A stretch of DNA of 62,939 nt, filler included, from 6 parts of 6 records of this genome joined end to end with filler, not necessarily neighbours in it, one strand, 5' to 3'. Shown: positions 18,808 through 30,745, numbered from the whole stretch's first letter. Program-made: numbers and translations. Notes: a model not told the origin generated them from the sequence alone.

Positions 18808-18946
18808 AACTTCAATTATTTAAAGTCCAAAAGTAATAACCTTAAAACTGTAAGGCAATAAAAAAGTTGTCACACTAACTAATTTAATTCAATTCTACGG
18901 TTGCTTCTTTGCAAAAAGGCTAAATTTGCCTCTTTAAATCTATATT

Positions 18947-19951
18947 ATGAAGCCAGCTGAACGTATATCTGCATTTGTCAAACTAGGAGAAGCTATAGTC
19001 AACTTAAGCCTCGAGGAGAAGGATGAGCTGCTGTGGAGAGCTGAGAATAATAATAACTGGTTTACAAAAGAATCCATGGAGTCAGCCCTTGAGGGAATTG
19101 CTTTTATGCTCGCACCTGAAAAGTTAGATGCATGGCTTTCTATCTATGAGTTGAAGGAGATTGAAAATCCAAAATCAATTGGCTTAATGCTGGCGGGAAA
19201 CATTCCTGGAGTTGGGTTTCATGACCTAATGTGTGTGATTCTTTCAGGTCATCTAGCTGTTATTAAGTTAAGTTCCTCTGATGAAATATTCATGAAATGG
19301 CTCTTGAAAAAGCTATTTGAAATTGAGGCTAGATTTGAGTTGCAAGTTCGCATAGAAGAAATGCTAAAGGGAATGGATGCTTATATCGCAACTGGCAGTG
19401 ATAATTCATCTCGCTATTTCAATTACTATTTTGGGAAATATCCACATGTTATCCGTCAAAACAGAACCTCTGTAGCTGTTTTGAAAGGGAGTGAAACCAC
19501 TGAGGATTACGTCAATTTAGGAAAGGATATTTTTCAATATTATGGACTAGGCTGCAGAAACGTTTCAAAAATCTATGTAAAATCTATAAATCAACTCCAA
19601 GATTTGCTTGGAGCATTGGAGGTTTATGCATCGGTTGGGACGCATCACAAGTATCATAACAATTATGATTACAACAAATCTATATATCTAGTCAATCTGG
19701 AAGATCATCTTGATAATGGATTTTTGCTCCTCAAGGAAAGTGAGGATTTGGTATCTCCCATAGCAGTTCTTTTTTACGAAGTTTATTCAAATGAGGAGCA
19801 ATTGGCGAAAAAATTGGATGGATTGAAAGAAAAAATTCAATGTGTAGTAGGCAATGGAAATGGTCTTGTGCCTTTTGGTGATGCGCAAACTCCTGAGCCA
19901 TGGGAGTACGCTGATGAGGTAGATACAATGGCTTTTCTTTTGTCATTATAA
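18947..19951 (+). CDS. Acyl-CoA reductase (LuxC-like)
   Basis: LAGNIPGVGFHD, IATGSDNSSRYF, YYGLGCRNVSK, FGDAQTP. Divergent from the ferredoxin; TAAATTTG promoter element at 18921. Confidence 0.85.
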   Translation: MKPAERISAFVKLGEAIVNLSLEEKDELLWRAENNNNWFTKESMESALEGIAFMLAPEKLDAWLSIYELKEIENPKSIGLMLAGNIPGVGFHDLMCVILSGHLAVIKLSSSDEIFMKWLLKKLFEIEARFELQVRIEEMLKGMDAYIATGSDNSSRYFNYYFGKYPHVIRQNRTSVAVLKGSETTEDYVNLGKDIFQYYGLGCRNVSKIYVKSINQLQDLLGALEVYASVGTHHKYHNNYDYNKSIYLVNLEDHLDNGFLLLKESEDLVSPIAVLFYEVYSNEEQLAKKLDGLKEKIQCVVGNGNGLVPFGDAQTPEPWEYADEVDTMAFLLSL

Positions 19952-21721
19952 AAGTTTATCCTCTTGACTTTTGGGGAGTTTGATGCAGAATTTGGTACCC
20001 TTTCCTTGCTGTGAAGAAACTTCGACTGACCCATGATTTTTTTGAATATATTCCTTTACTAGGATAAGGCCGAGCCCAGTTCCAGACTCATTGTTTTCTC
20101 CTACTGTAGTAAAGGATATTCCTTCATTTATTTTCGCAAGATTTTCGGAGGAAATTCCTTTTCCGTAATCTTCAATGCAAATCTTTACTAAGCCTAATTC
20201 ATCGTGAGTGGAGATTTTGATTTTTGCTCCTTTCTTGGAAAACTTAATTGAGTTACTCATTATGTTTCTGAGTGCTAATTCAATCATGTTTTTATCTGCG
20301 ATCACCTTTGCGTTTGCATTGGCTTTTATTTCAATTTCTATATGCTTTTCAGTAGCTATTCGTTCCAAAATACTCTTTTGCTGCTCCAAGATTTTATGAA
20401 TATCAAATTCCTGAGGCTTTACCATTTCACCTCCTTTTAGCTGAGAGCTAGACCAAGCTAAAAGATTTTCTAATAGCATTGCAACCTGTTCCATGTTTCT
20501 GGAAACTTCTGGCAGCATACTCATAAATTCATCTTGTGCGACCATTCCTGAATTAGTCAGGTGGATCAGTTCCTTGATACCGAAAATTGGTCCTTTAAGA
20601 TCATGCGAAATAATACTGAAATATTTGTCCTTTAATTCATTTAGTTGCTGAAGTTCTTGTTTTTGGTTTTTTAAAGTTTGGTTGATGGATTTTTGTTCTG
20701 TAATGTCATCAAAAAGTAATACTAAGCCACTATTTACTGTTTTCTTGTCTAAAAGTGGAATGGCTTCTATTTTGAAGACTTTCATATTTTTATTGGATCC
20801 GGTCGTGGTCTCGATGATATTGGCCTCCCCTTCGTTGATCAATTTGAGGATATCGAGACTATTTTCGAAAATCTCCTCCGCTTTTAGGGCAATTTTCGCC
20901 TTGCTACCTATTTCAGGAAAGGTTAAGAAAGCTGGGTTGAAATCTACAATTTGGGTTTGGGAATCTAAGACCAAAACACCTTTTGTAATGGCCTCAATCA
21001 CTTTGGTACGAGCAATCGGTTTCAAGCTGAAAAGTTGGTGTTTTAGGATAGCAAATCCCAAAACTAAGTAGGTGACCAAAAATGCATAAGGAGTTAAATC
21101 TATAACTTCAAATGGTCTGAATAGGTGGGTTTGGTAAACAAGATTAAATATCAGCGGAAAAATTCCTGCTAATAACATGAGTCTAGTTTGAGTTTTGAAA
21201 AGCTGATCAGAAAATCGGAATCTTCTCCAGATTATCAAGCTTCCAAGTAAATATACAATGTAAGTATAAATTAAATTGACAATGTACCAAGGCCCTATTT
21301 CGATGTTGGCTATCGAGAGCGCGCCAGATTCAATAATCGTAATTGATTTATAGAAGAGGCGATGCGACTCATTGGTCAGTACCATGACATAAGTCAGGAT
21401 AGGAATCAACAGGATTAAGACTAGCAAAATGCGATAATATTTTGTCCTAAAACTGGTGTAAATCAAGCTAAAAATTAGCCAAAAGGCACCTAAAAATGAG
21501 ATTCCTAAGTATTCAAGTTTAATAAAAATCAATATGGCTTCCCGAGTAGACACGCTAAGTTCGAGACCATAGAAAAAACCCCAAATAGACGCGCAAAGCA
21601 TGGTAAGTGCAATCCACCTCGTAGATCCTTCTACCTTGACGGAGATATAAATTGACAGTGCTCCTACAAGTAATCCGGAAATAATAAGCGTTACTGAAAA
21701 TGGATTGAGAATAAACTCCAT
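19946..21721 (-). CDS. 7TM (HisKA_7TM) sensor histidine kinase with PAS-like domain
   Basis: About seven N-terminal TM helices; H-box ISHDLKGP, N-box NIMSNSIKFS, G-boxes DYGKGI and GTGLGL. Confidence 0.9.
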   Translation of the reverse strand: MEFILNPFSVTLIISGLLVGALSIYISVKVEGSTRWIALTMLCASIWGFFYGLELSVSTREAILIFIKLEYLGISFLGAFWLIFSLIYTSFRTKYYRILLVLILLIPILTYVMVLTNESHRLFYKSITIIESGALSIANIEIGPWYIVNLIYTYIVYLLGSLIIWRRFRFSDQLFKTQTRLMLLAGIFPLIFNLVYQTHLFRPFEVIDLTPYAFLVTYLVLGFAILKHQLFSLKPIARTKVIEAITKGVLVLDSQTQIVDFNPAFLTFPEIGSKAKIALKAEEIFENSLDILKLINEGEANIIETTTGSNKNMKVFKIEAIPLLDKKTVNSGLVLLFDDITEQKSINQTLKNQKQELQQLNELKDKYFSIISHDLKGPIFGIKELIHLTNSGMVAQDEFMSMLPEVSRNMEQVAMLLENLLAWSSSQLKGGEMVKPQEFDIHKILEQQKSILERIATEKHIEIEIKANANAKVIADKNMIELALRNIMSNSIKFSKKGAKIKISTHDELGLVKICIEDYGKGISSENLAKINEGISFTTVGENNESGTGLGLILVKEYIQKNHGSVEVSSQQGKGTKFCIKLPKSQEDKLL

Positions 21722-21963
21722 TCAAATATTTAGTTGTTGACGCAAAGTAAATATTATCTGACTATAATTATAGCTGAGATTTATTTCCTTTTCGAAATCT
21801 ATCCTTCTGTTTTTCGAAATTTCATCCTTCTATCTACTATTTGACTTAAAATTAAGCAATACTATTAAAGTACTATGATTTAAAGCAAAGCTAAAATGGT
21901 TTTAAATAAGGAAAAGGATACTTTACACTGGGTAAATGGTTACAGATTATTGGGCTAACTTCC

Positions 21964-21971
21964 TATATTTG
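21964..21971 (+). promoter_or_regulatory. Bacteroidota -7 promoter element for aconitase
   Basis: TATATTTG(CA) about 47 nt upstream of ATG 22019. Confidence 0.6.
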
Positions 21972-22018
21972 CAGTCGTTAAAATCGAAACTTTTACCAAA
22001 CAAAAAAATCCCTATACA

Positions 22019-24280
22019 ATGGCTTTTGATATTGAAATGATCAAAAAGGTGTATGCCAGATACCCTGAGCGTATCGAAGCAGCTCGTAAGGCTGTGGGGC
22101 GTCCACTTACTTTGACTGAAAAGATTCTTTATGCACACCTAAGCGAAGGTGCCGCTTCACAGGCATATGACCGTGGTGTTTCTTATGTTGATTTTCAACC
22201 AGATAGGGTTGCAATGCAAGATGCTACAGCACAGATGGCTTTGCTGCAGTTTATGCAAGCTGGCAAAAGTCAAGTAGCAGTGCCTTCTACTGTACACTGT
22301 GATCACTTGATCCAGGCTGAAGTAGGTGCAGTTCAGGATTTGACCAAAGCAAAAGACAAAAACAAGGAAGTTTATGATTTCTTGGCTTCTGTTTCTAATA
22401 AATATGGTCTTGGTTTCTGGAAACCAGGAGCAGGTATTATTCACCAGGTAGTTTTAGAAAATTATGCATTTCCCGGTGGAATGATGATAGGTACGGATTC
22501 TCATACGCCTAATGCTGGTGGTCTAGGAATGGTAGCTATCGGAGTCGGGGGAGCAGATGCATGTGACGTAATGGCAGGACTTCCGTGGGAACTGAAATTC
22601 CCTAAGTTGATCGGAGTAAAACTTACCGGTAAACTTTCCGGTTGGACTTCGGCCAAAGATGTGATTTTGAAAGTAGCTGGAATTCTAACTGTAAAAGGTG
22701 GAACCGGAGCAATCGTTGAATATTTTGGGGATGGCGCTAAGTCACTTTCTGCTACTGGAAAAGGCACTATCTGTAACATGGGGGCTGAGATCGGGGCAAC
22801 TACTTCAATCTTTGGATACGATGAAAAGTCAGCTGCTTACTTAGCATCAACAGAAAGAGCTGATGTCGCTGAATTGGCAAATGGAATCGCTGAACACCTT
22901 ACTGGTGATGACGAGGTTTATGCTAATCCTGCTACTTACTTCGACGAAGTAATCGAGATCAACCTTTCTGAATTGGAGCCTCATGTGAATGGACCATTCA
23001 CTCCTGATTTGGCTTGGCCTATTTCTAAATTTGCTGCTGCTGTGAAGGAAAACGGCTGGCCAGCAAAATTGGAAGTTGGTTTGATCGGCTCGTGTACGAA
23101 CTCTTCTTACGAGGATATTTCAAGAGCTGCATCGCTTGCTCAGCAAGCAGTAGATAAAAAGCTTGTTGCTAAATCTGAATATACAATCACTCCAGGGTCT
23201 GAGCAGGTGAGATTCACCGTAGATAGAGATGGTTTCTTGGACACTTTCGGTCAAATGGGCGGAGTAGTTCTTGCAAATGCTTGTGGACCTTGTATCGGAC
23301 AGTGGGCTCGTCATGGAGCTGAGAAACAAGAGAAAAATTCTATTATCACATCCTTCAACAGAAACTTTGCAAAGCGTGCGGATGGAAATCCAAACACTCA
23401 CTCGTTCGTAGCGTCTCCTGAGATCGTGACCGCATTGGCAATCGCGGGAGATTTGACATTCAATCCTATGACAGATAGTCTAGTGAATGAAGAGGGGGTG
23501 TCTGTGATGTTGGATGAGCCAAGCGGACTTGAGCTACCTACTAAAGGTTTTGCAGTGGAAGATGCTGGTTACCAGCAGCCAGCAGAAGATGGATCTAATG
23601 TCACGGTGGTTGTGAGTCCAACTTCAGATCGTCTTCAATTGCTTGATTCCTTTAAGCCATGGGAAGGTACAGATCTGAAAGGTCTAAAACTCCTCATCAA
23701 AGCAAAAGGAAAGTGTACAACAGATCATATTTCTATGGCTGGACCATGGTTGAGATACAGAGGTCACTTAGATAATATCTCCAATAACATGCTTATTGGG
23801 GCTGTTAATGCTTACACTGATGCTACTAACTCCGTGAAGAATCAGTTGACTGGAGTATATGGTGAAGTTCCAGCAACGCAGAGAGATTATAAAGCAAATG
23901 GAATCGGTTCTATCGTTGTAGGTGACGAAAACTATGGAGAAGGTTCTTCTAGAGAGCATGCGGCAATGGAACCTAGATTCCTTGGTGTACGAGCTATCTT
24001 GGTGAAATCTTTCGCGAGAATTCACGAAACTAACTTGAAGAAGCAAGGTATGTTAGGATTGACGTTTGCTAATCCAGCTGACTATGACTTGGTTCAGGAA
24101 AATGATTCTATAGATATTCTTGGCCTGACTACTTTTGCTCCAGGTAAGCAATTGCAAGTAGTGCTAAACCATTCAGATGGGTCTTCTGATACTATCCAAG
24201 TAAATCATACTTACAATGAAGGACAGATAGAATGGTTTAAAGCCGGATCAGCACTAAACCTGATCAAAGCCAAAGCCTAA
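22019..24280 (+). CDS. acn: Aconitate hydratase (mitochondrial-type, as usual in Bacteroidota)
   Basis: [63 protein letters not shown]. Confidence 0.97.
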   Translation: MAFDIEMIKKVYARYPERIEAARKAVGRPLTLTEKILYAHLSEGAASQAYDRGVSYVDFQPDRVAMQDATAQMALLQFMQAGKSQVAVPSTVHCDHLIQAEVGAVQDLTKAKDKNKEVYDFLASVSNKYGLGFWKPGAGIIHQVVLENYAFPGGMMIGTDSHTPNAGGLGMVAIGVGGADACDVMAGLPWELKFPKLIGVKLTGKLSGWTSAKDVILKVAGILTVKGGTGAIVEYFGDGAKSLSATGKGTICNMGAEIGATTSIFGYDEKSAAYLASTERADVAELANGIAEHLTGDDEVYANPATYFDEVIEINLSELEPHVNGPFTPDLAWPISKFAAAVKENGWPAKLEVGLIGSCTNSSYEDISRAASLAQQAVDKKLVAKSEYTITPGSEQVRFTVDRDGFLDTFGQMGGVVLANACGPCIGQWARHGAEKQEKNSIITSFNRNFAKRADGNPNTHSFVASPEIVTALAIAGDLTFNPMTDSLVNEEGVSVMLDEPSGLELPTKGFAVEDAGYQQPAEDGSNVTVVVSPTSDRLQLLDSFKPWEGTDLKGLKLLIKAKGKCTTDHISMAGPWLRYRGHLDNISNNMLIGAVNAYTDATNSVKNQLTGVYGEVPATQRDYKANGIGSIVVGDENYGEGSSREHAAMEPRFLGVRAILVKSFARIHETNLKKQGMLGLTFANPADYDLVQENDSIDILGLTTFAPGKQLQVVLNHSDGSSDTIQVNHTYNEGQIEWFKAGSALNLIKAKA

Positions 24281-24300
24281 TAATATTCGCTAATAATTTC

Positions 24301-24333
24301 AAAGCCGTAACATAATTGTTACGGCTTTTTTTT
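24301..24333 (+). terminator. Intrinsic terminator after aconitase
   Basis: AAAGCCGTAACA-taat-TGTTACGGCTTT followed by a T run. Confidence 0.9.
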
Positions 24334-24563
24334 GTCTAACTAATTCTAGAAAATCTAATTTTTGGATTAAACTAAGCAGTACTTGTAAAGAGTAGTGATT
24401 TATCTAGTTGGCCGATCCTCAAAATAATGTCAAATAAATGTATTTATAAATCAAATAGTTTGCTACGAAATACAAATTGCTGTATGTTTACGTCATAATT
24501 AGTCATCCCAACGAATTATGGTTTTATCAAGATCATAGCTCAAGCTAAGTAAGCACCATTTCA

Positions 24564-25877
24564 ATGCAGGAAAGAGGAATTAACAGTACATTCAAGAAAC
24601 TTATTTACGAGTCATCCGAGATGGTGTTTCTTGCCGATGATACCTTCCCTTATCCTATTTTTTATACCAATAAAGCTTTTGAAGATCAAATTGGGGCAAA
24701 TTTGACAGATAGGAGTCTCGTTGGGTTGGGGTTGGACATTAGTAGTTTTATTTTCAAAGAAACCTTAGAACTAAGTCATGATGGAAATGAGTATAATTTC
24801 CAGATTGAACTTCCCCAGGATAGCTCAACAAACTATTTTCTTTTTTATAAAGGCGAACAAGTTAGGAAACAAGGCTTACCCACTACTCAAGAATTTCAAC
24901 AGTTTTTACTAGAATCTCCAGATCCTCAATTAGTGCTTAAGCCAAGTGGAGAGGTATTTCTTTCAAATACCGAAGCGTTGAGCCTTTTTGGATATTCTGG
25001 TGAAAAAAAAATACATCATTTAAGTGAGGTGCAAGGGTTGTTTGATGATCCTCTTCAATGGGGGAATTGGTTGAGTAGTGCAGTATCTGACCATAAAATT
25101 CATCGTTTTTATACCATCCTTACTATTTCCTCCGGTTCTCCACTGAATCTTGAAATTGCCTCAAAGCAGCTTAAAGTGGACGGGATTCAGTATGTTTTGC
25201 TATCATTTAAAAATATTTCTGAAAAAGTTCTATTGGAGAAGAATCTGGAGGACAGTAGCAATTTCTTGATTAACCTAACTGAACAAGTTCCAGGTGGATT
25301 GTATCAATTGGTGATGGATTCAGACGGGAAAATGAATTTTTCATTTTTATCCAAAGGGATAGCACAGGTATTAGGCTTAAAAGCAGAGGAGCTTGAGAAT
25401 TTTTCAGATATTTCTATGGCAATTTCTCGTGTTCATCCAGTTGACCTGCCTCAGGTCATCATGAGTTCAATTGCTTCAGCTAAAAAAGTTGAACCATGGC
25501 AATGTCAATTCAGAGTAAAGGCTGATCCTAAATCTGAAGATTATCGCTGGATTCTGGGAGCTGCCAGACCACAAGTTCTCGAGAATGGAGATATGGTTTG
25601 GTATGGATATTTGACAGATATCAGTAGTCAGAAGGAGTTTGAATCAACCTTGGACGAATCAAGGAAGGCAGCCGAAAAGGCTAATCAGATCAAATCTGAT
25701 TTCCTTTCCATGATTAGTCATGAACTTCGTACGCCATTGAATGCAATTTCAGGTTCTACGTATTCCTTAATTCATGATCATCCGCAAGTCCATCAAAAAT
25801 CCGAGTTAGATACGATCAATTTTGCAGTGGATAATCTGATCATTATGATCAATGATCTGCTGGATTTTCAGAAAATA
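24564..25877 (+). CDS. PAS-domain sensor histidine kinase (3'-truncated by contig end)
   Basis: PAS/PAC motifs (VHPVD, YRWI, WYGYLTDIS) and H-box FLSMISHELRTPLNAI; runs into Ns. Confidence 0.85.
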
Positions 25878-25977
25878 NNNNNNNNNNNNNNNNNNNNNNN
25901 NNNNNNNNNNNNNNNNNNNNNTTAATTAATTAANNNNNNNNNNNNNNNNNNNNNNNNNNNNNNNNNNNNNNNNNNNN
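25878..25977. other. Artificial contig linker
   Basis: 44 N + TTAATTAATTAA (stops in all six frames) + 44 N; genes on both sides are cut. Confidence 0.98.
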
Positions 25978-27610
25978 TTTGCTTAGGAATCAAGTGTCTT
26001 TTCGCTATCTCAATTTTTTCCTCTACCGTATATCCATTAACCTCAATAATCTCCATTCTATCTCGTAAAGGTCCTTGAATAGATGCTAAATTATTTGCTG
26101 TCGCAATGAACAAGACGTTGGATAAATCATAATCCAATTCCACGAAATTATCGTTGAATTTACTGTTTTGCTCAGGGTCTAAAACTTCCAACAAGGCAGA
26201 TGATGGGTCACCTTGATGGCTTCTTCCGATTTTATCAATCTCGTCTAGAACAAAAACTGGATTTGAAGTAGTTGCCTTTTTTAAATTCTGCAAAATTCTT
26301 CCCGGCATTGCTCCAATGTATGTTCTCCTGTGTCCTCTTATTTCAGATTCATCATGCAATCCACCTAAAGACATTCTGACATATTTTCTACCCAATGCTT
26401 CGGCAACAGATTTACCCAAAGAAGTTTTACCAACACCTGGAGGTCCATATAGACAAAGAATCGGTGATTTCATATCCCCTTTAAGTTTCAAAACCGCTAA
26501 ATATTCTAAGATTCGCTCTTTTACTTTTTCTAATCCAAAATGATCACGATCTAATATTTTAGCAGATCGTTTCAAATTGAAATTGTCCTTAGAAAAATCT
26601 CCCCAAGGCAATTCAAGAATTAAATCAATATAATTGAGTTGCACCGAGTATTCTGCACCTTGCGGATTCATCCGTCCTAACTTTTGCAATTCTTTATTAA
26701 AAGCTTTCTCAACCTTTTTACTCCATTTTTTATTGGCAGCTCTTTTCTTGAAATCATTCACTTCTGCCTCAACTGGATTTCCTCCTAACTCATCTTGAAT
26801 GGTTCTCATCTGTTGATTTAAGAAATATTCTCTCTGTTGACGATCCATGTCGAGCTTCACTTTAGAATGAATCTCGTTCTTCATATTCAACATTTTGATT
26901 TCTTGAGAGAGTTGTTCAAGAACTAATTCAATACGCTTAGAAATTTGATTCTGTATCAAGAGCTCCTGTTTTTTCGCTACTTCTGTACTCAAGTTAGAAG
27001 CAATAAAGTTTACCAAAAATGTTGGGCTCTCTATATTCTTAATAGCGAAAGATGCCTCAGAAGGAATATTAGGATTTTCTTTAATGATCTTCATTGCCAT
27101 GTCTTTCATAGAAGAAATCAGTGCTTGATTTTTTTCTACGGAGACATCAATTTTGGCATCCTTAAGCCCATTAACCTTTGCCCTAAAATAAGGTTCAGTT
27201 TGAGTGAAGTCAATGACTTCAAATCGTCTTTTACCTTGAATAATGATTGTAGTTGAACCATCCGGCATTTTAAGCCTTTTGATAATTTTTGCTACGGTTC
27301 CGATCCCATGAAAGTCTACAGGTTCAGGATTTTCAATATTCGCCTTTAATTGAGAAACAACGCCAATTATCTTGTCAGAATTATAAGCGTCTTCAATTAA
27401 TTTAATTGATTTATCTCTTCCAACAGTGATGGGAATTACCACACCTGGGAAAAGTACATTGTTTCGAATAGGAAGAATAGAAAGTTCTTTTGGAACATCC
27501 TCTTTATTCATATCATCTTCTTCTTCTTCAGAGATGAGTGGAATAAATTCTGGTTCTTGATCTATTATAGTTGAAAGGTCTAAAAAGTCTTTTTCAAAAG
27601 TATCAGACAT
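25978..27610 (-). CDS. lon: Lon protease (3'-truncated)
   Basis: LON N-domain (LPIRNNVLFPG), DHFGLEKVKERILEYLAV, GPPGVGKTS, LDEIDK. Confidence 0.97.
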
Positions 27611-27732
27611 ATATGCAGTTTTTCAGTCAGTTTGTCATTTTTTCATGTGCTGTGCCATGAAAATCTGTAATTATTATCATTTTACACCCTAATTTCAATG
27701 TTTTTAGGGATGCCCTATAAGTAGTTCAATTC

Positions 27733-28875
27733 TTATGCCAATTGATTAAAAAGATGGCTCAAGATAGATTTGTCAGATTCGGAAAGCTCAACGGCTCTTC
27801 TTTTCATCATATTTTGCCCAACTTCAAAAGCCTTGTCAAGCTTAAAAACTGGGCTATCATCAAATCCTCCCCAGCTAAATGAGCTGATCATTTTAGGGGG
27901 GAATCCACCACCAAAAATGTTTGCACAAACGCCGACACTTGTTGCGGTATTCAGCATAGTGTTAATTCCTGTTTTCGAGTGGTCACCCATGATTACACCG
28001 CAAAACATCACATCAGTATCGATCATTGATTGCTGTTCGTACGAATATACCCTCACATTTGAATAGTTGTTCTTCAGGTTAGATGTGTTCGTATCTGCAC
28101 CCAGATTGCACCATTCACCGATTAAAGAGTTTCCTACAAATCCGTCATGCCCTTTATTGGAATAAGCATAAAAAATAGAATTGGTTACTTCACCTCCTAC
28201 TTTACAATGTTCACCTATAGAAGTGTCACCGTAAATTTTAGCCCCCATTTTTATGGTTGAATGAGCTCCAATTGAAAACGGTGCGCGAATTATGCTTCCT
28301 TCCATTATTTCAGCATTCGAGCCAATATAGATTGGACCATCTGTTGCGTTTAGAATTGTGCATTCAACTTTTGCTCCGGGTTCAATAAAAATATCATGAT
28401 TTCCAATAATCCTGTTGGTAGAACTCGGAAGTTCTGTATTTCGACCTGAAGTAATCAAATCAAAATCCCATCTTATGGCTTTCCCATTGTTTTGAAACAA
28501 TTCCCAAGGGTGGCTGATTACTATGACTTGATCTTCATCCAGGCTAGCAGTTATTTTTTCTGTTCCGTCTCCCTTAGTTGCTATCCAGTTATTATTAACG
28601 ACTAGTTTACTATTGTCAGATAAGTTCGATACCAAATCTACTAATGCTAGAGACGGTTTAATATTTCCAGCGATTAACAGATCCCAGCTTTTATTAGGAT
28701 ATTTTACCTGAAGATAGTTTTCAGTTTGATAGCCAACTTCCCCGTTATGGTGAAGGTGTTGTAACCAACTTTCTTTTATGGTCAAAATCCCCAGTCGCAA
28801 TTCGCACACAGGTCGTGTAAGCGTTAATGGTGCGAGTGAAAGGTGTTTACCGTTATCATCAAATGAAATAGTCAT
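27733..28875 (-). CDS. GlmU-related putative sugar nucleotidyltransferase / hexapeptide-repeat protein (Bacteroidota)
   Basis: LAPLTLTRPVCELRLGILTI, left-handed beta-helix repeats, NKGHDGFVGNS, SNLKNNY. Confidence 0.85.
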   Translation of the reverse strand: MTISFDDNGKHLSLAPLTLTRPVCELRLGILTIKESWLQHLHHNGEVGYQTENYLQVKYPNKSWDLLIAGNIKPSLALVDLVSNLSDNSKLVVNNNWIATKGDGTEKITASLDEDQVIVISHPWELFQNNGKAIRWDFDLITSGRNTELPSSTNRIIGNHDIFIEPGAKVECTILNATDGPIYIGSNAEIMEGSIIRAPFSIGAHSTIKMGAKIYGDTSIGEHCKVGGEVTNSIFYAYSNKGHDGFVGNSLIGEWCNLGADTNTSNLKNNYSNVRVYSYEQQSMIDTDVMFCGVIMGDHSKTGINTMLNTATSVGVCANIFGGGFPPKMISSFSWGGFDDSPVFKLDKAFEVGQNMMKRRAVELSESDKSILSHLFNQLA

Positions 28876-28908
28876 GAACTCTTTTTTATAAAGATAATTG
28901 ATAAAACT

Positions 28909-28942
28909 AAAAAACCCATCCCGATAGAATCGAAATGGGTTT
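28909..28942 (-). terminator. Intrinsic terminator after rpmE
   Basis: Minus strand AAACCCATTTCGAT-tct-ATCGGGATGGGTTTTTT (stem includes G-U pairs). Confidence 0.75.
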
Positions 28943-28962
28943 CTTTAAATATTATTAAGGAA

Positions 28963-29220
28963 TTATCCTTTTTTTCTGTCTCCGTATCTGTTTTTGAACT
29001 TGTCAATTCTACCAGCGGTATCAACGAATTGCATTTTACCAGTGAAGAATGGATGTGATTCAGACGTGATATCTAATTTTACTAATGGGTATTCGTTTCC
29101 GTCTTCCCACTTTTCAGTTTCCTTTGCTGGAGAACAAGAGTTACACAAAAATGAATAACCGTTCGACATGTCTTTGAAAATAACTAGTCTATATTCCTCC
29201 GGGTGAATTCCCTTTTTCAT
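28963..29220 (-). CDS. rpmE: 50S ribosomal protein L31, type B
   Basis: MKKGIHPEEYRLVIFKD...YPLVKLDITSESHPFFTG...VDTAGRIDKF. TAACTTTG promoter element at 29286-29293 (minus). Confidence 0.95.
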   Translation of the reverse strand: MKKGIHPEEYRLVIFKDMSNGYSFLCNSCSPAKETEKWEDGNEYPLVKLDITSESHPFFTGKMQFVDTAGRIDKFKNRYGDRKKG

Positions 29221-29374
29221 CTTATTATCTTTTAAATCTTTATTTCTAATCAAAGTTTTCAGAATTGTCTCCTGAAAACGGGTTGCAAAGTTATGAATTT
29301 TTTTTTATCCAAATAATATATCTCGAATTAAAATAAAAAAAGTAAAAATACGTGATTACCTTTGAATTTGTAGC

Positions 29375-30745
29375 ATGAAGAATTTCTTATTCATATTTGT
29401 TCTGTTGTTAGTAGGATTACTATCCTGTAAAAAAGACAAAAACTTTACAAAAGATCATCTTGACTTTTCTAGAGATACTGTGCTTTTTGATACTGTTTTT
29501 ACCACAGTTGGTTCTACAACAAAATCTTTCAAGATCTACAACTTCAATAATCAAAAAATAAACATTGAAGAGATAGAATTAATGGGTGGAGCGAATTCAC
29601 CCTTTCGAATCAATGTTGACGGAGTTCCAGGTGATTTTTTAACAGACGTAGAGATTCCGGCTAACGACTCCTTGTTTACATTTGTTGAGGTGACCTTAGA
29701 AGTGAATAATGCGACCAATCCTTTGGTGATTTCAGATTCTGTTCGATTTAGAACAAATGGCTTAGATCAGTATGTCAATTTGGATGTTTGGGGACAAGAT
29801 GCCTATTTCCATGCAAATGAATTGGTTCAAGGAATATGGCAGAATGACAAGCCACATGTCCTTTATGGGACAGTGGCCGTAGGTTTTCCAGATTTGGATT
29901 CAAATTTGAATTTGGTTATTCCTGGTGGGACACAGGTGTATTGCCACAAAGATGCCCAATTGATTGTCTATAAAAGTTCTATTGATATTCAAGGAACATA
30001 TGGAAATGAGGTGGTGTTTCAAGGAGATCGATTAGAAAGTTTCTTTGATGATGTGTCGGGCCAATGGTGGGGAATTCGGTTAATAGAGGCAAATTATTCA
30101 ACGATTGATTATGCAATAATAAAAAACGGTTCTGTTGGATTACAAGTCGACTCAACTCAAGTGCCGCAAACATTATTGTTAACGAACACAATTATAGATA
30201 ATAATGACTTTTTTGGACTGAATGTCAATGCAGGTGCAAGTGTTGATGTGAATAATTGCTTTTTTGGAGATGCAGGAATTTGTTCAGCTTATCTATTTGC
30301 TGGCGGTGAATATAGAATTGACCATTCGAGTTTTGTGAATTATTGGGGTGGAAGTAGAGCTGGGCCGGCTTTGGCAATTGTGAATCATTTTGATGTTGAA
30401 AATATCACGTATGTAAGGAGTGTTACAAATTCACATTTAAACAACTCTGTGGTAACAGGGGGAATAGATAAGGAGTTTGAGGTGGATACACTGCAAGTAG
30501 GTGTCTTCGATTTTTCTTTTGGTTATAATTATTTGAAAAGGGATGAAGCATACGATTATTCACCATATGTTAATTGTCTTTTTTCTGGAGATCCTAAATT
30601 TGTTAGCATTACGGACAAAGATTTTCATCCAACTACCGGTTCAGTTTTAATTGGAGCAGGCGCAAATGCCACGGTTTTACAAGATATTGAAGGAGCCAAT
30701 CGAGATTTAAATAACCCAACTCTGGGTTGTTATGAGTCTAATTAA
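29375..30745 (+). CDS. Lipoprotein with Ig-like and right-handed beta-helix domains
   Basis: Lipobox LLSCKKD; FSRDTVLFDTVFTT, FQGDRLE...GQWWGI, DPKF...DFH...S..IGAG (choice-of-anchor-Q-like end). Confidence 0.7.
   Translation: MKNFLFIFVLLLVGLLSCKKDKNFTKDHLDFSRDTVLFDTVFTTVGSTTKSFKIYNFNNQKINIEEIELMGGANSPFRINVDGVPGDFLTDVEIPANDSLFTFVEVTLEVNNATNPLVISDSVRFRTNGLDQYVNLDVWGQDAYFHANELVQGIWQNDKPHVLYGTVAVGFPDLDSNLNLVIPGGTQVYCHKDAQLIVYKSSIDIQGTYGNEVVFQGDRLESFFDDVSGQWWGIRLIEANYSTIDYAIIKNGSVGLQVDSTQVPQTLLLTNTIIDNNDFFGLNVNAGASVDVNNCFFGDAGICSAYLFAGGEYRIDHSSFVNYWGGSRAGPALAIVNHFDVENITYVRSVTNSHLNNSVVTGGIDKEFEVDTLQVGVFDFSFGYNYLKRDEAYDYSPYVNCLFSGDPKFVSITDKDFHPTTGSVLIGAGANATVLQDIEGANRDLNNPTLGCYESN

Noticed and set aside
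18947-19951. LuxC-like gene as a sign of bioluminescence
   Set aside because: No luxAB/D/E are present; the ferredoxin / acyl-CoA reductase pair is ordinary in Bacteroidota.
22019-24280. Mitochondrial-like aconitase as a eukaryote-to-bacterium transfer
   Set aside because: This aconitase type is the normal Bacteroidota form.
1-25877. CRISPR array or additional cas genes accompanying cas6
   Set aside because: I read the intergenic gaps on the contig and saw no repeat-spacer periodicity, and no other ORF has Cas motifs.
25922-25933. TTAATTAATTAA repeated five times in the window
   Set aside because: Synthetic six-frame-stop linker inside N runs. ORF-track tails such as XXXLIN are artefacts.
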